A DNA stretch of 64,000 bases from Candidatus Latescibacterota bacterium (GTDB lineage: Bacteria > Latescibacterota > UBA2968). The position numbers and the translations under genes were made by a program. The stretch lies in the NCBI GenBank assembly GCA_965222605.1, contig OZ244960.1:2816001-2880000 (forward strand), in the 5' to 3' direction. The notes below the pieces were generated by a model. It did not search any database. It worked only from the letters and a program-made list of their open reading frames with translations, and was not told the DNA's origin. How positions within the stretch are numbered: the stretch's first letter is position 1; the number at the start of each line of letters is the position of its first letter. Below, piece by piece: positions 9,277-17,802 of this stretch.

Positions 9277-10413
9277 ATGAAAAATACTGAGAAGCCATCC
9301 ATTCTTGTCATTGATGATGAACCTGACGAACTGCGTAATAAATTCAATCTATGGCTAGGTGAACACGCAGCACCTCCTGTATTTCATCCTCAAGATGTAG
9401 AAAGATCGGACTTGAATAATGCTGATCTGGTTCTGGTGGACTATGCGCTGGAATACTGGTCGGAACGGGATAATCTATCGACCATTTCACTCCAGCCAAC
9501 AAACGGAATGGCTCTTGCGGTTGTATTACGGGAACAAGTGGACGAAAATGAAAGAGACAAATTAACAGCATTTGCGCTACATACGGCTTATCTCGGAAAT
9601 ATTAAGGGACGATTTTCACCTGCGACTGCCCAACATGTTCTTGCGCGCTTGAACAATCTGGAATGGATATTCCCAAAGACGAATCCTGATAGCTATAACC
9701 AGATGCTTCTTCTTGCGAACGCTGTCCGGAAGCTTCCAGGTCAATGGTCGGAAGATTCGGATGACTCGATTTCAATGGTGCAACAACTTCTCGATATGGA
9801 TGAGGACGACGAATCGTTTGAGCGCTGCTGGCAAGACGTTAAAGATTGCCGGGTGCCAATTGAAGAGTTGACCGTGGATGGACACGGCATCCTGTTCATT
9901 CGATGGTTGCTTCATCAAGTATTGCCGTATCCCTCCTTTTTGTGGGCAGAGCACTGGGTTGCGGCGCGCCTTGGGATTTCCATTGATGCCCTGCGTGAGG
10001 TCCTGGAGGGAGATAGCGATCTGGCGAAAGACTTGGAGTCCATGCTCTATTCTGGAATTCTCGAGGGGTTTTTGGGAAATATGTGGTGGCGTGGTGCTAT
10101 TGAGGACTATGCTTGGAATCTATCAGAAGGACACACGGCTGATGTACAACATTTGCGAGATGTTTTGTCCGAGCGTGCCGGAATGAAACTGAAGCCAATT
10201 GACGTCAACCCCGCGGTGGTTTGCGTGGATAAGAATTGGCAACCCACCGACGAGTTCCTATCGCCAATGACTGCCATAACCCTCCACCCCGACCACTGGC
10301 CTCCGTTTGCTGACCCAGCCTGGATGGACATCGAAACTGTGCAAAATGACGATACTCTGTTGCCGTTGGTGAATCCCCTTGACCAGCACCGCATCGTGAG
10401 TAACAAAGAATAG
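9277..10413 (+). CDS. Response-regulator receiver domain plus ~250-aa unknown C-terminal domain
   Basis: ILVIDDE, LVLVDY (phosphoacceptor Asp), NGMAL, LHTAY, IFPK; starts 8 nt after kinase stop. Confidence 0.75.
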   Translation: MKNTEKPSILVIDDEPDELRNKFNLWLGEHAAPPVFHPQDVERSDLNNADLVLVDYALEYWSERDNLSTISLQPTNGMALAVVLREQVDENERDKLTAFALHTAYLGNIKGRFSPATAQHVLARLNNLEWIFPKTNPDSYNQMLLLANAVRKLPGQWSEDSDDSISMVQQLLDMDEDDESFERCWQDVKDCRVPIEELTVDGHGILFIRWLLHQVLPYPSFLWAEHWVAARLGISIDALREVLEGDSDLAKDLESMLYSGILEGFLGNMWWRGAIEDYAWNLSEGHTADVQHLRDVLSERAGMKLKPIDVNPAVVCVDKNWQPTDEFLSPMTAITLHPDHWPPFADPAWMDIETVQNDDTLLPLVNPLDQHRIVSNKE

Positions 10414-10423
10414 GACGGCAAGA

Positions 10424-11146
10424 ATGGCGGGGTTTCGCTTTCTTTTTTCTGAACTTGTCCAAGAGACCAAAGTGATGGCAACATTGTCAGAGGAGTTCCT
10501 CGATCCGAATAGGATATGGGTTCTCTCTCGTTTCTTGAGCCACCTCCGAAGCATTGGTGGGAAACCCGAAGAAAGCGTTTATCCTCTGGAGCTTCGATGC
10601 CTTCGCACAATACCAAGCAATCAGTACGACAGAAAAGCAGGTAAAGAGATATATGCGGTTATTTCAGGAATTTGGGAACTGCAACCATGGGGGAAGCGCT
10701 CAGATCCGGATCGCGAGATAGAATTCTGCGGAAAAGCTTCAACGAAGATCAAGTTGTACGCTTCTGACGATTCTAAGACGAAGACACGCTTAGCAATGTG
10801 GAGTCTGGAACTGGGTGCTGAGGACAGTCCTGGCTGTTATGTCCACGCTCATATTCTCGGGGACACCGTTGATCCGCGGTTCCCGAAATCAGTTCCCATT
10901 CCCAGATTGCCCAGCCTTTTCGTCACTCCGATGAGTGCTGTAGAGTTCGTCCTCGGCGAACTCTTCCAGAACGATTGGCCTGAGGTGACCTCCAAAAAGC
11001 GTTACGAAGTGTTTGAGTGGCATAAGCTCCAAAAAAAGTGGCTTCAGCAACTGTTCTCATGGTACCAAGACCAAATAGAGAAGGCGGGTTCCTTTCCGTG
11101 GATAGCATTAAAGAAGGCGAAGCCAGAAGACGGCATGTTTCTCTGA
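10424..11146 (+). CDS. Hypothetical protein with HxH motif, last gene of the MTase-HK-REC operon
   Basis: 240 aa ORF 10 nt after REC gene with AGGA RBS; PGCYVHAHILG...IPRLPSLFVTPMSAVEFVLGELF. Confidence 0.7.
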   Translation: MAGFRFLFSELVQETKVMATLSEEFLDPNRIWVLSRFLSHLRSIGGKPEESVYPLELRCLRTIPSNQYDRKAGKEIYAVISGIWELQPWGKRSDPDREIEFCGKASTKIKLYASDDSKTKTRLAMWSLELGAEDSPGCYVHAHILGDTVDPRFPKSVPIPRLPSLFVTPMSAVEFVLGELFQNDWPEVTSKKRYEVFEWHKLQKKWLQQLFSWYQDQIEKAGSFPWIALKKAKPEDGMFL

Positions 11147-11212
11147 AAATTCAGAAGACGGAGGCCGTGACGGAGACGAGCGATAAACATAATCTCAGAT
11201 ACCTTATCGATG

Positions 11213-11241
11213 AAATCCGCAGGTCTGATCCTGCGGGTTTT
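11213..11241 (+). terminator. Intrinsic terminator of the island operon
   Basis: AAATCCGCAGG / CCTGCGGGTTTT stem with short T run. Confidence 0.6.
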
Positions 11242-11273
11242 AGTATTCAGGTAGAGTTCGCATCTTTCGTGTG

Positions 11274-11340
11274 AAGACCAATCAAGATCATTAGCTGATT
11301 GGTCTTAATTTTTGGGTATAATGCCATTTATACTCAAAAA
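11274..11340. repeat. Two further inverted repeats: AAGACCAATCA/TGATTGGTCTT and TTTGGGTATAA-N6-TTATACTCAAA
   Basis: Perfect 11-bp IR at 11274-11306; 10/11 palindrome with 6-nt spacer at 11311-11338. Confidence 0.7.
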
Positions 11341-11474
11341 CACCATTGCAAACCCCTGTTTTCGCGCTTAAATTGCAGATAGTTATAGCTGAATTCTGAC
11401 ATGGTTCGTATCTCCGCACATCTGCTGCCATTTCTCACCAATAGTCACAACTCCTGTCATAAGGAGGACAGAAA

Positions 11475-12704
11475 ATGAAAATTCGACCCGACCTCGTCCC
11501 GGAAACCGAGCGAAACAACCTCGAAGTCATCCAACTCACGGATGAATCGATCCCCTCATCACACATCTACATGGAAGCGCAGATATTCACACCCGATTCC
11601 CAACGACTGATCCTTCACCGGTCTGCCCATCCGCACGGCTCTGATCCAAAGGACCCGGAGCACCAGTTCCTCATCTGCGACCTCGAAGACCATTGCAGCT
11701 TGACGCCAATCACCACCGAACTCGGAACCACGGGACCATCCATCTCACCAGACGGCGAATGGCTTTACTACTTCGTCAATGAAACAGAGCCTGGAGGCGG
11801 ACAGCTAACGCTCAAGCGCGTCAAAATGGACGGAACAGAACGCGACATCATCTATGTCCTGGACCACGCGATTCCGGACACCGATTTCAGGTTGAGCCGA
11901 CCGTATCCGCTTTCGACAATCTCATCCGACGGCAAGCGCATCGCAATCTCGGGATTCCTCGGCGACGGCAAAACCGCAGGCGCACCCTGGGGACTTCTCG
12001 TCTTTGAAATTGAGGACCCATCCGTACGCCTGATCTTTCAGGGGCCCTCCTGGTGCAATATACACCCACAATACACGCGCCAGACAGACCCCGAGGGCAC
12101 CCATGACATCATGATCCAGGAAAACCACGGAAACACCGCATCAACCGACGGCAGCATAGAAACGCTCGTCAGCGGGCGGGGTGCAGACATCCACGTAATC
12201 CGGGACGACGGCACGGCACTGCGCGATTTTCCCTGGGGACGGGACGGAAACGAATTCTGCCAGGGACATCAATGCTGGCAGGGACAAAGCGACATCGCCA
12301 TTACGAGCACAAGCACACGCGAACCCGCTGAAAGACAACTCATCTCGGGACGCGCCGCGGATCACATCGGAGATGAAGGCATCAACACACCGGGCGGATG
12401 GCGAAACGACCTGTCCCGATCCTTCGACGCGCCCGACTTCTGCCACTTCGCAACTGACATCAACGGGAAACGGCTGATCACGGACGCAGGTCCAATAGAT
12501 GCGGGCGGAGCCGTCTGGCTATTCGATCTCCCCGAAGAAGACAAAGGTGCGCTCGCAAATGCGCGGAAAGTCGCGGACCCCGGATCATCCTGGCAAAAAC
12601 ATACGCACATCCATCCCTTTCTATCCCCAGATGGACGATCGGGCTTCTTCAACTCCGATGAAAGCGGCATACTACAGGCGTATATGGTGCGCGGTTGGTC
12701 TTAA
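11475..12704 (+). CDS. TolB/oligogalacturonate-lyase-like beta-propeller protein
   Basis: HIYMEAQIFTPDSQRL, SPDGEWLYY, HIHPFLSPDG; AAGGAGGA RBS. Confidence 0.65.
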   Translation: MKIRPDLVPETERNNLEVIQLTDESIPSSHIYMEAQIFTPDSQRLILHRSAHPHGSDPKDPEHQFLICDLEDHCSLTPITTELGTTGPSISPDGEWLYYFVNETEPGGGQLTLKRVKMDGTERDIIYVLDHAIPDTDFRLSRPYPLSTISSDGKRIAISGFLGDGKTAGAPWGLLVFEIEDPSVRLIFQGPSWCNIHPQYTRQTDPEGTHDIMIQENHGNTASTDGSIETLVSGRGADIHVIRDDGTALRDFPWGRDGNEFCQGHQCWQGQSDIAITSTSTREPAERQLISGRAADHIGDEGINTPGGWRNDLSRSFDAPDFCHFATDINGKRLITDAGPIDAGGAVWLFDLPEEDKGALANARKVADPGSSWQKHTHIHPFLSPDGRSGFFNSDESGILQAYMVRGWS

Positions 12705-12715
12705 GCAAGACTGAA

Positions 12716-14716
12716 ATGCTACTACTTGCATTCATCGCTTTTCTCAACACCAGTCAGACCGCAAACGAGGAAGGGGGTACCAAATTGATTCCCCGACAAG
12801 TGCTGTTCGGCAATCCAGAAAAAACCATGGCTCGGATCAGTCCCGACGGCGAGTATCTGAGCTACCTCGCGCCAGTGGAGGGCGTTTTGAACGTCTGGGT
12901 CGTGGACGATCCCGGCTCAGCCAGGCCGATCACCAGGGACGAGGAACGCGGCATCCGCGACTACACCTGGACCTATGATGGCCAGCACATCCTGTACTAT
13001 CAGGATGCCAGGGGCGATGAAGACTGGCACGTGTACGCGACGAATATCGCCACGGGCGAAACCCGAGACCTGACGCCCTTTGAAAAAGTCAACTCGCAGG
13101 TTCTCTCGATCAATGAAAAGACGCCCAACGAGATCCTGGTCGGCATCAACAACCGCAATCCGCAACTGCACGACGTCTATCGAATCGAGCTTTCCACCGG
13201 CGAGCGGACCCTAATCGAAGAGAATCCGGGCTTTGTCTCTTACCTGTTCGACAACGACGATCGCACGCGTTTTGCCATGACGGTTTCGCCGACCGGGGGA
13301 CAAGTGATCCTCCAACGGGACGAGAGCAACCAGTGGCAACCCTTCCTGGAGGTCCCCAACACCGACGCCATGACGACTGGGCTGGCCGGCTTCGACAAGT
13401 CAAACCAGATCCTCTATCTGATCGACAGCCGCAAGCGAAACACGGCCGCCTTGTTCTCCCTCGATCTGGCGTCCGGCAAACAAGAACTGGTGGCCGAGGA
13501 TGACCGCGCGGATGTGGGCGGGATGTTGATTCATCCGACAGAGAAACACGCGCAGGCCGTGTCGTTCACTTACGACCGCAACCGCTGGCACGTGCTGGAC
13601 TCGGCGATACAAGGGGACATGGATTACTTGCACTCGGTGGAAGACGGCGAATTGTCGATCACCAGCCGCACGCTCGACGACCGCTTGTGGATAGCGGCCT
13701 ACGCCCTGGACAACGGGCCGGTCAAATACTACCTGTACGACCGCGTCAGGAAACAGGCGAATTACCTGTTCAGCAACCGCACAGACCTGGACGAGTACCA
13801 ACTGACCAGGATGCATTCGCTGACCATCAAATCCCGCGACGGGTGGAATCTGGTCAGCTATCTGACGCTTCCCCCCGACAGCACCCCCGACGGCGAGGCT
13901 CGACCGAGCAATCCGGTACCGCTGGTTTTACTGGTTCACGGGGGTCCCTGGGGGCGCGACATCTGGGGCTACGATTCGCAACATCAATGGCTGGCGAACC
14001 GCGGTTACGCCGTACTGAGCGTCAACTTCCGCGGCTCGACCGGCTTCGGCAAGGAATTCACCAACGCTGGCAATGGCGAGTGGGCCGGCAAAATGCACGA
14101 CGACCTGATTGACGCTGTCAACTGGGCGGTCCGTGAAAAAATCACGCAACGCGACCAGGTGGCGATTATGGGCGGCAGCTACGGCGGATACGCGACCCTG
14201 GTCGGGCTGACCTTTACCCCCGAGACATTCGTCTGCGGCGTCGATATTGTCGGTCCAAGCAACCTCGTCACGTTGCTACAAAACGTGCCGCCTTATTGGG
14301 TTCCAATACTGCCGATGATGAAAGACCGCGTAGGTGACTGGACGACAGAGGAGGGCCAGAAATCCTTGCTGGCCAAATCGCCGCTTGCACGCGTAGATCA
14401 GATCCAGCGGCCTCTGCTGATCGGCCAGGGTGCCAACGACCCGCGCGTCAAGCAAGTCGAATCCGATCAAATCGTCGAGGCGATGAAAGAAAAAAACATC
14501 CCCGTGACCTACGTGCTTTATCCGGATGAAGGGCACGGATTCGCACGGCCGGAAAACCGCCTGTCGTTTTACGCCGTCGCTGAGGCGTTCTTGTCCGAGC
14601 ACCTGGGCGGACGGTTTGAATCGGTCGGAGAGGACTTTCAAGGATCAAAAATTCGGGTGCCAGAGGGCGCGGACCAGGTCCCTGGACTCCAGGCGGCTCT
14701 GGCGTCGCTGCCATAG
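12716..14716 (+). CDS. S9 family peptidase (dipeptidyl/acylaminoacyl peptidase)
   Basis: VHGGPW, NFRGSTGFGK, GGSYGG nucleophile, GANDPRV, YPDEGHGF. Confidence 0.92.
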   Translation: MLLLAFIAFLNTSQTANEEGGTKLIPRQVLFGNPEKTMARISPDGEYLSYLAPVEGVLNVWVVDDPGSARPITRDEERGIRDYTWTYDGQHILYYQDARGDEDWHVYATNIATGETRDLTPFEKVNSQVLSINEKTPNEILVGINNRNPQLHDVYRIELSTGERTLIEENPGFVSYLFDNDDRTRFAMTVSPTGGQVILQRDESNQWQPFLEVPNTDAMTTGLAGFDKSNQILYLIDSRKRNTAALFSLDLASGKQELVAEDDRADVGGMLIHPTEKHAQAVSFTYDRNRWHVLDSAIQGDMDYLHSVEDGELSITSRTLDDRLWIAAYALDNGPVKYYLYDRVRKQANYLFSNRTDLDEYQLTRMHSLTIKSRDGWNLVSYLTLPPDSTPDGEARPSNPVPLVLLVHGGPWGRDIWGYDSQHQWLANRGYAVLSVNFRGSTGFGKEFTNAGNGEWAGKMHDDLIDAVNWAVREKITQRDQVAIMGGSYGGYATLVGLTFTPETFVCGVDIVGPSNLVTLLQNVPPYWVPILPMMKDRVGDWTTEEGQKSLLAKSPLARVDQIQRPLLIGQGANDPRVKQVESDQIVEAMKEKNIPVTYVLYPDEGHGFARPENRLSFYAVAEAFLSEHLGGRFESVGEDFQGSKIRVPEGADQVPGLQAALASLP

Positions 14717-14735
14717 AAGAGAGGAACAATGAAAC

Positions 14736-15728
14736 ATGATCATTTCTCTCGATTCCATCCGCGACGATTTGACCACCTGGGCGGAATCCCTCTACCTCCC
14801 GGCCACGGGCGCCTTCCGCAATGGCGACGCACCAGCACCCAGCCTTCCCAGCACCCTCTTCATCACCTATATCCTGTACAGCATAAACGCGCTCGACGCA
14901 GTGGCGCTTGACCGCGCGAAATGGATCGCCTGGATCCAGTCACAACAGAGCGAACAGGACGGATCCTTTGCCTTTCCGCCCTCAGACAAACGGGGTATCG
15001 CATTTTGGAACGCGGTTCGCGCACTCAACATGCTGGACGCCCAGGTCCTGAAATTCCCCGACAATCAGCGCGGCGCAACAACCATCGCCGGACTCCACCA
15101 GTGGTTCAAAACGTGGAAAGCATCGGGCGACACCCATCACGAAGTACTCGCGCTCGCGCCCATGCTCGTCAGCCATCCAGACCCCGCGTGGGTCCAGGCT
15201 TTCTTCGACGAACTCGCCGCACAACAGCACCCCACGCAGGGAACATGGCCCGCTGAAAACCCCACCAACATCAGCCGCACATTTGCCTACAGCCTGATCT
15301 ACACGGGAATGGACAAGCTGCCGCCACAGGCTGAGAAAATCGTAGATGCCATGCTTAATCTCCAGGAGGAGAATGGCTTCTGGCATGGAAGTCCAAATTT
15401 TTCAACCATGGACGCGGTCTATCTGCTATCGCGACTGCCAAAAGCGATCGGGTGGCGCGAGGCAGATGCAAACGCCGCGCTGCACCGCACAGCAGACGCG
15501 CTCATCCCCTATTACACAGCGCACGCAGAACGCGACAAGCTGGACACCCATCAATTCGCGGCCACCGTACAAACATTCGCGCTGCTATCCGAAGCATTGC
15601 CCCAGCGATTTACAACATCGCACCCGTGGCGATTCGGATGGAGCAACAAAGCGTTCTGGCAATGCTGCGTAATCAAAGAAGCATTGACCGCATTGCCACA
15701 CATCAAAACAGGAGCACATCAACCATGA
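14736..15728 (+). CDS. Hypothetical alpha/alpha-barrel protein with prenyltransferase/squalene-cyclase-like QW repeats
   Basis: QSQQSEQDGSF, QQHPTQGTW, LQEENGFW repeats. Confidence 0.55.
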   Translation: MIISLDSIRDDLTTWAESLYLPATGAFRNGDAPAPSLPSTLFITYILYSINALDAVALDRAKWIAWIQSQQSEQDGSFAFPPSDKRGIAFWNAVRALNMLDAQVLKFPDNQRGATTIAGLHQWFKTWKASGDTHHEVLALAPMLVSHPDPAWVQAFFDELAAQQHPTQGTWPAENPTNISRTFAYSLIYTGMDKLPPQAEKIVDAMLNLQEENGFWHGSPNFSTMDAVYLLSRLPKAIGWREADANAALHRTADALIPYYTAHAERDKLDTHQFAATVQTFALLSEALPQRFTTSHPWRFGWSNKAFWQCCVIKEALTALPHIKTGAHQP

Positions 15729-16849
15729 AAATCACCGATGTGGAAACCATCGTAATCGAAAACATCCAGCCCTATCGCGGGGGAAGATACTGGCTCTTTG
15801 TCCAACTCATCACCGACGAAGGCATCATAGGACTGGGCGAGCGACCCTCGGGCAATGCCACCAATTTGGACTCCCAAATCAGCCTCATCAAAAACCTGTG
15901 TCAGCAATTCGCCATCGGCACAAGCCCATTCGACATCGAAAGCCTGTGGCAGCGCATCTTTGCATCCCGACACGACTATCGCCACCCCGGCCTCGACGCA
16001 ACACCCGCCTTGAGCGCCATCGAGATGGCGTGCTGGGACATCGTCGGCAAAGCCCTGAACCAGCCCATCTACAATCTGCTCGGCGGCAGAGTTCACGACA
16101 AACTCAGAGCCTATGCCTATATGCCGACCGACGGCATCTGGGAAAACCCAGAACGAGCGGGAGAGATAGCGACCCGCCTGATTGCAGACGGAAATACCGC
16201 CTGCAAATTCGATCCCTTCCAACCGGTCTTTCCCCATCCACGCGACTTTCCACTCAAAACCATCCGCCACGTCGCCAAAATATTCAAAAGCATCCGGGAC
16301 GCAGTCGGCGACGAATTGGAAATCGGCATCGGCACCCACGGACAGTTCAGCACATCTGGCGCAATCCGCGTGGCAAAAGAACTTGAAGAATTCAGCCCCT
16401 TCTGGTTCGAAGAACCCGTCCCCCCAGAAAACATCGACGAAATGGCCCGAGTCGCCGCCCATACCAGCATCCCAATTGCCACGGGCGAGCGACTCGTCAC
16501 CAAATACGAATTTGCCGAACTCCTGAAAAAACAGGCCGCACAAATCCTCCAATTAGACGTGGGACAATGTGGCGGGATATTGGAATCCAAAAAAATCGCC
16601 AGCATGGCCGAAGCCCACTACGCCCTCATCGCGCCCCACATGTATTGCGGCCCAGTCGCCGCAGCCGCCGCTGTGCAACTCGACACATGCTCGCCAAATT
16701 TTCTGATCCAGGAATTCAACGCCAACACCCTCCACAGCGAAATATTCAAAGAACCAATCCAGTTTGAAAGCGGCTATATCACCCCGCCAACAGGACCGGG
16801 TTTAGGGATCGAACTCGACGAATCAGTAGTTGCGAAACATCGCGCGTAA
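15725..16849 (+). CDS. Mandelate racemase/enolase superfamily dehydratase (galactonate dehydratase-like)
   Basis: MKITDVET start (ATG 15725), AIEMACWDIVGK, KFDPF, WFEEP, ATGER, GPGLGIE. Confidence 0.88.
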   Translation: MKITDVETIVIENIQPYRGGRYWLFVQLITDEGIIGLGERPSGNATNLDSQISLIKNLCQQFAIGTSPFDIESLWQRIFASRHDYRHPGLDATPALSAIEMACWDIVGKALNQPIYNLLGGRVHDKLRAYAYMPTDGIWENPERAGEIATRLIADGNTACKFDPFQPVFPHPRDFPLKTIRHVAKIFKSIRDAVGDELEIGIGTHGQFSTSGAIRVAKELEEFSPFWFEEPVPPENIDEMARVAAHTSIPIATGERLVTKYEFAELLKKQAAQILQLDVGQCGGILESKKIASMAEAHYALIAPHMYCGPVAAAAAVQLDTCSPNFLIQEFNANTLHSEIFKEPIQFESGYITPPTGPGLGIELDESVVAKHRA

Positions 16850-16851
16850 GG

Positions 16852-16880
16852 TTGCGTAAAACTGCAATATCTGCTATAAT
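16852..16880 (+). promoter_or_regulatory. Sigma70-type promoter of TA-like cassette
   Basis: TTGCGT-N17-TATAAT. Confidence 0.65.
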
Positions 16881-16916
16881 CTATCACTTCCGGGTCATCA
16901 TTAGAGGATTTAACCA

Positions 16917-17369
16917 TTGAGAAAATGGCCTGAATTTGACAATAACGGTGATCTGCCTGTAGGCATTCATCGGGCGACATTGCCTGAAGTGCTACAACAT
17001 TTTGGAACGGGAACAGTACAGCGACATCTTGTTGGACAACGACTGGAACGCATTTATAATCTGGCCCTCGGAACAGGACAGATGGCGAGATTTATCGTAT
17101 TTGGTTCCTTCGTTACGGCAAAACCTTCTCCCGAGGATGTCGATATCTTTATGATGATGGAAGATTCGTTTGATGTCAACCAGGTAAGTAATGAGGCAGC
17201 TATCATTTTTGACCATCAGGCGGTGCAAAATGTGATAGGTGCAAGTGTTTTCTGGATTCGACGACTGGCCGCAATTGGCGGGGAACGGGAAGCCCTGGAG
17301 TACTGGCAGATAAAACGAGACAAAACGCGACGTGGAATCGTGGAGGTGATCAGCGATGATTCGGAATAA
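16917..17369 (+). CDS. Minimal nucleotidyltransferase-like protein (DUF6932-like)
   Basis: GDLPVGIH N-terminus; FGSFVTAKPSPEDVDI = GS...DxD pol-beta-like motif. Confidence 0.7.
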   Translation: MRKWPEFDNNGDLPVGIHRATLPEVLQHFGTGTVQRHLVGQRLERIYNLALGTGQMARFIVFGSFVTAKPSPEDVDIFMMMEDSFDVNQVSNEAAIIFDHQAVQNVIGASVFWIRRLAAIGGEREALEYWQIKRDKTRRGIVEVISDDSE

Positions 17370-17565
17370 CCTTGAACTTGAAGCAACCAAAGAACGCATC
17401 AGATACTTTCAACAACAGGTTGAAAAACTGCGACAGACTGAAACCAATCCACAGAATTACCAGTTATCGGCAGGAGGATTTATTGCCGAAATTGATCGGA
17501 TGAATCTCGAGGTAAGAGAGTTTCTTTCACTGCATCCCTGTCAACTAAAGGAACAGGTCCCTTGA
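17356..17565 (+). CDS. Small coiled-coil partner protein (antitoxin-like)
   Basis: Overlaps upstream gene, GGAGG RBS, MIRNNLELEATKERI start. Confidence 0.6.
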   Translation: MIRNNLELEATKERIRYFQQQVEKLRQTETNPQNYQLSAGGFIAEIDRMNLEVREFLSLHPCQLKEQVP

Positions 17566-17567
17566 CG

Positions 17568-17678
17568 ATGTTGCACGCCTTTGAAAAGCGAAGCCAGAAA
17601 CTTCCGCAAAGAGAAATTCGGATTGCAATGGAACGCAATAAAGTCGTTCAACAAACTCCAAAACAGAAGCGGGACTAA
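17568..17678 (+). pseudogene. C-terminal remnant of a HigB/Gp49-like RelE toxin
   Basis: Reads MLHAFEKRSQKLPQREIRIAMER, matching the LHxFxKKxQKxPxxEIxxA pattern. Confidence 0.6.
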
Positions 17679-17750
17679 GCATGGATCAGCTCCTTTGGGT
17701 AACGATTCGCTGGAGAGAGCGAACCATTGAAAAAATAATCTAAAATAATA

Positions 17751-17785
17751 AAAAAGAGCGGTGATCCGAAGACCACCGCTCTTTT
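17751..17785. terminator. Bidirectional intrinsic terminator
   Basis: AAAAAGAGCGGTG...CACCGCTCTTTT between convergent genes. Confidence 0.8.
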
Positions 17786-17802
17786 GCGTTTATCGTAAAT
17801 AC

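Noticed and set aside
15452-15724. N-terminal extensions in the ORF track (also 2679, 20324, 24761, 30248, 34465, 40114, 54058 starts)
   Set aside because: They overlap upstream genes or intergenic DNA; downstream starts with RBS match the family N-termini
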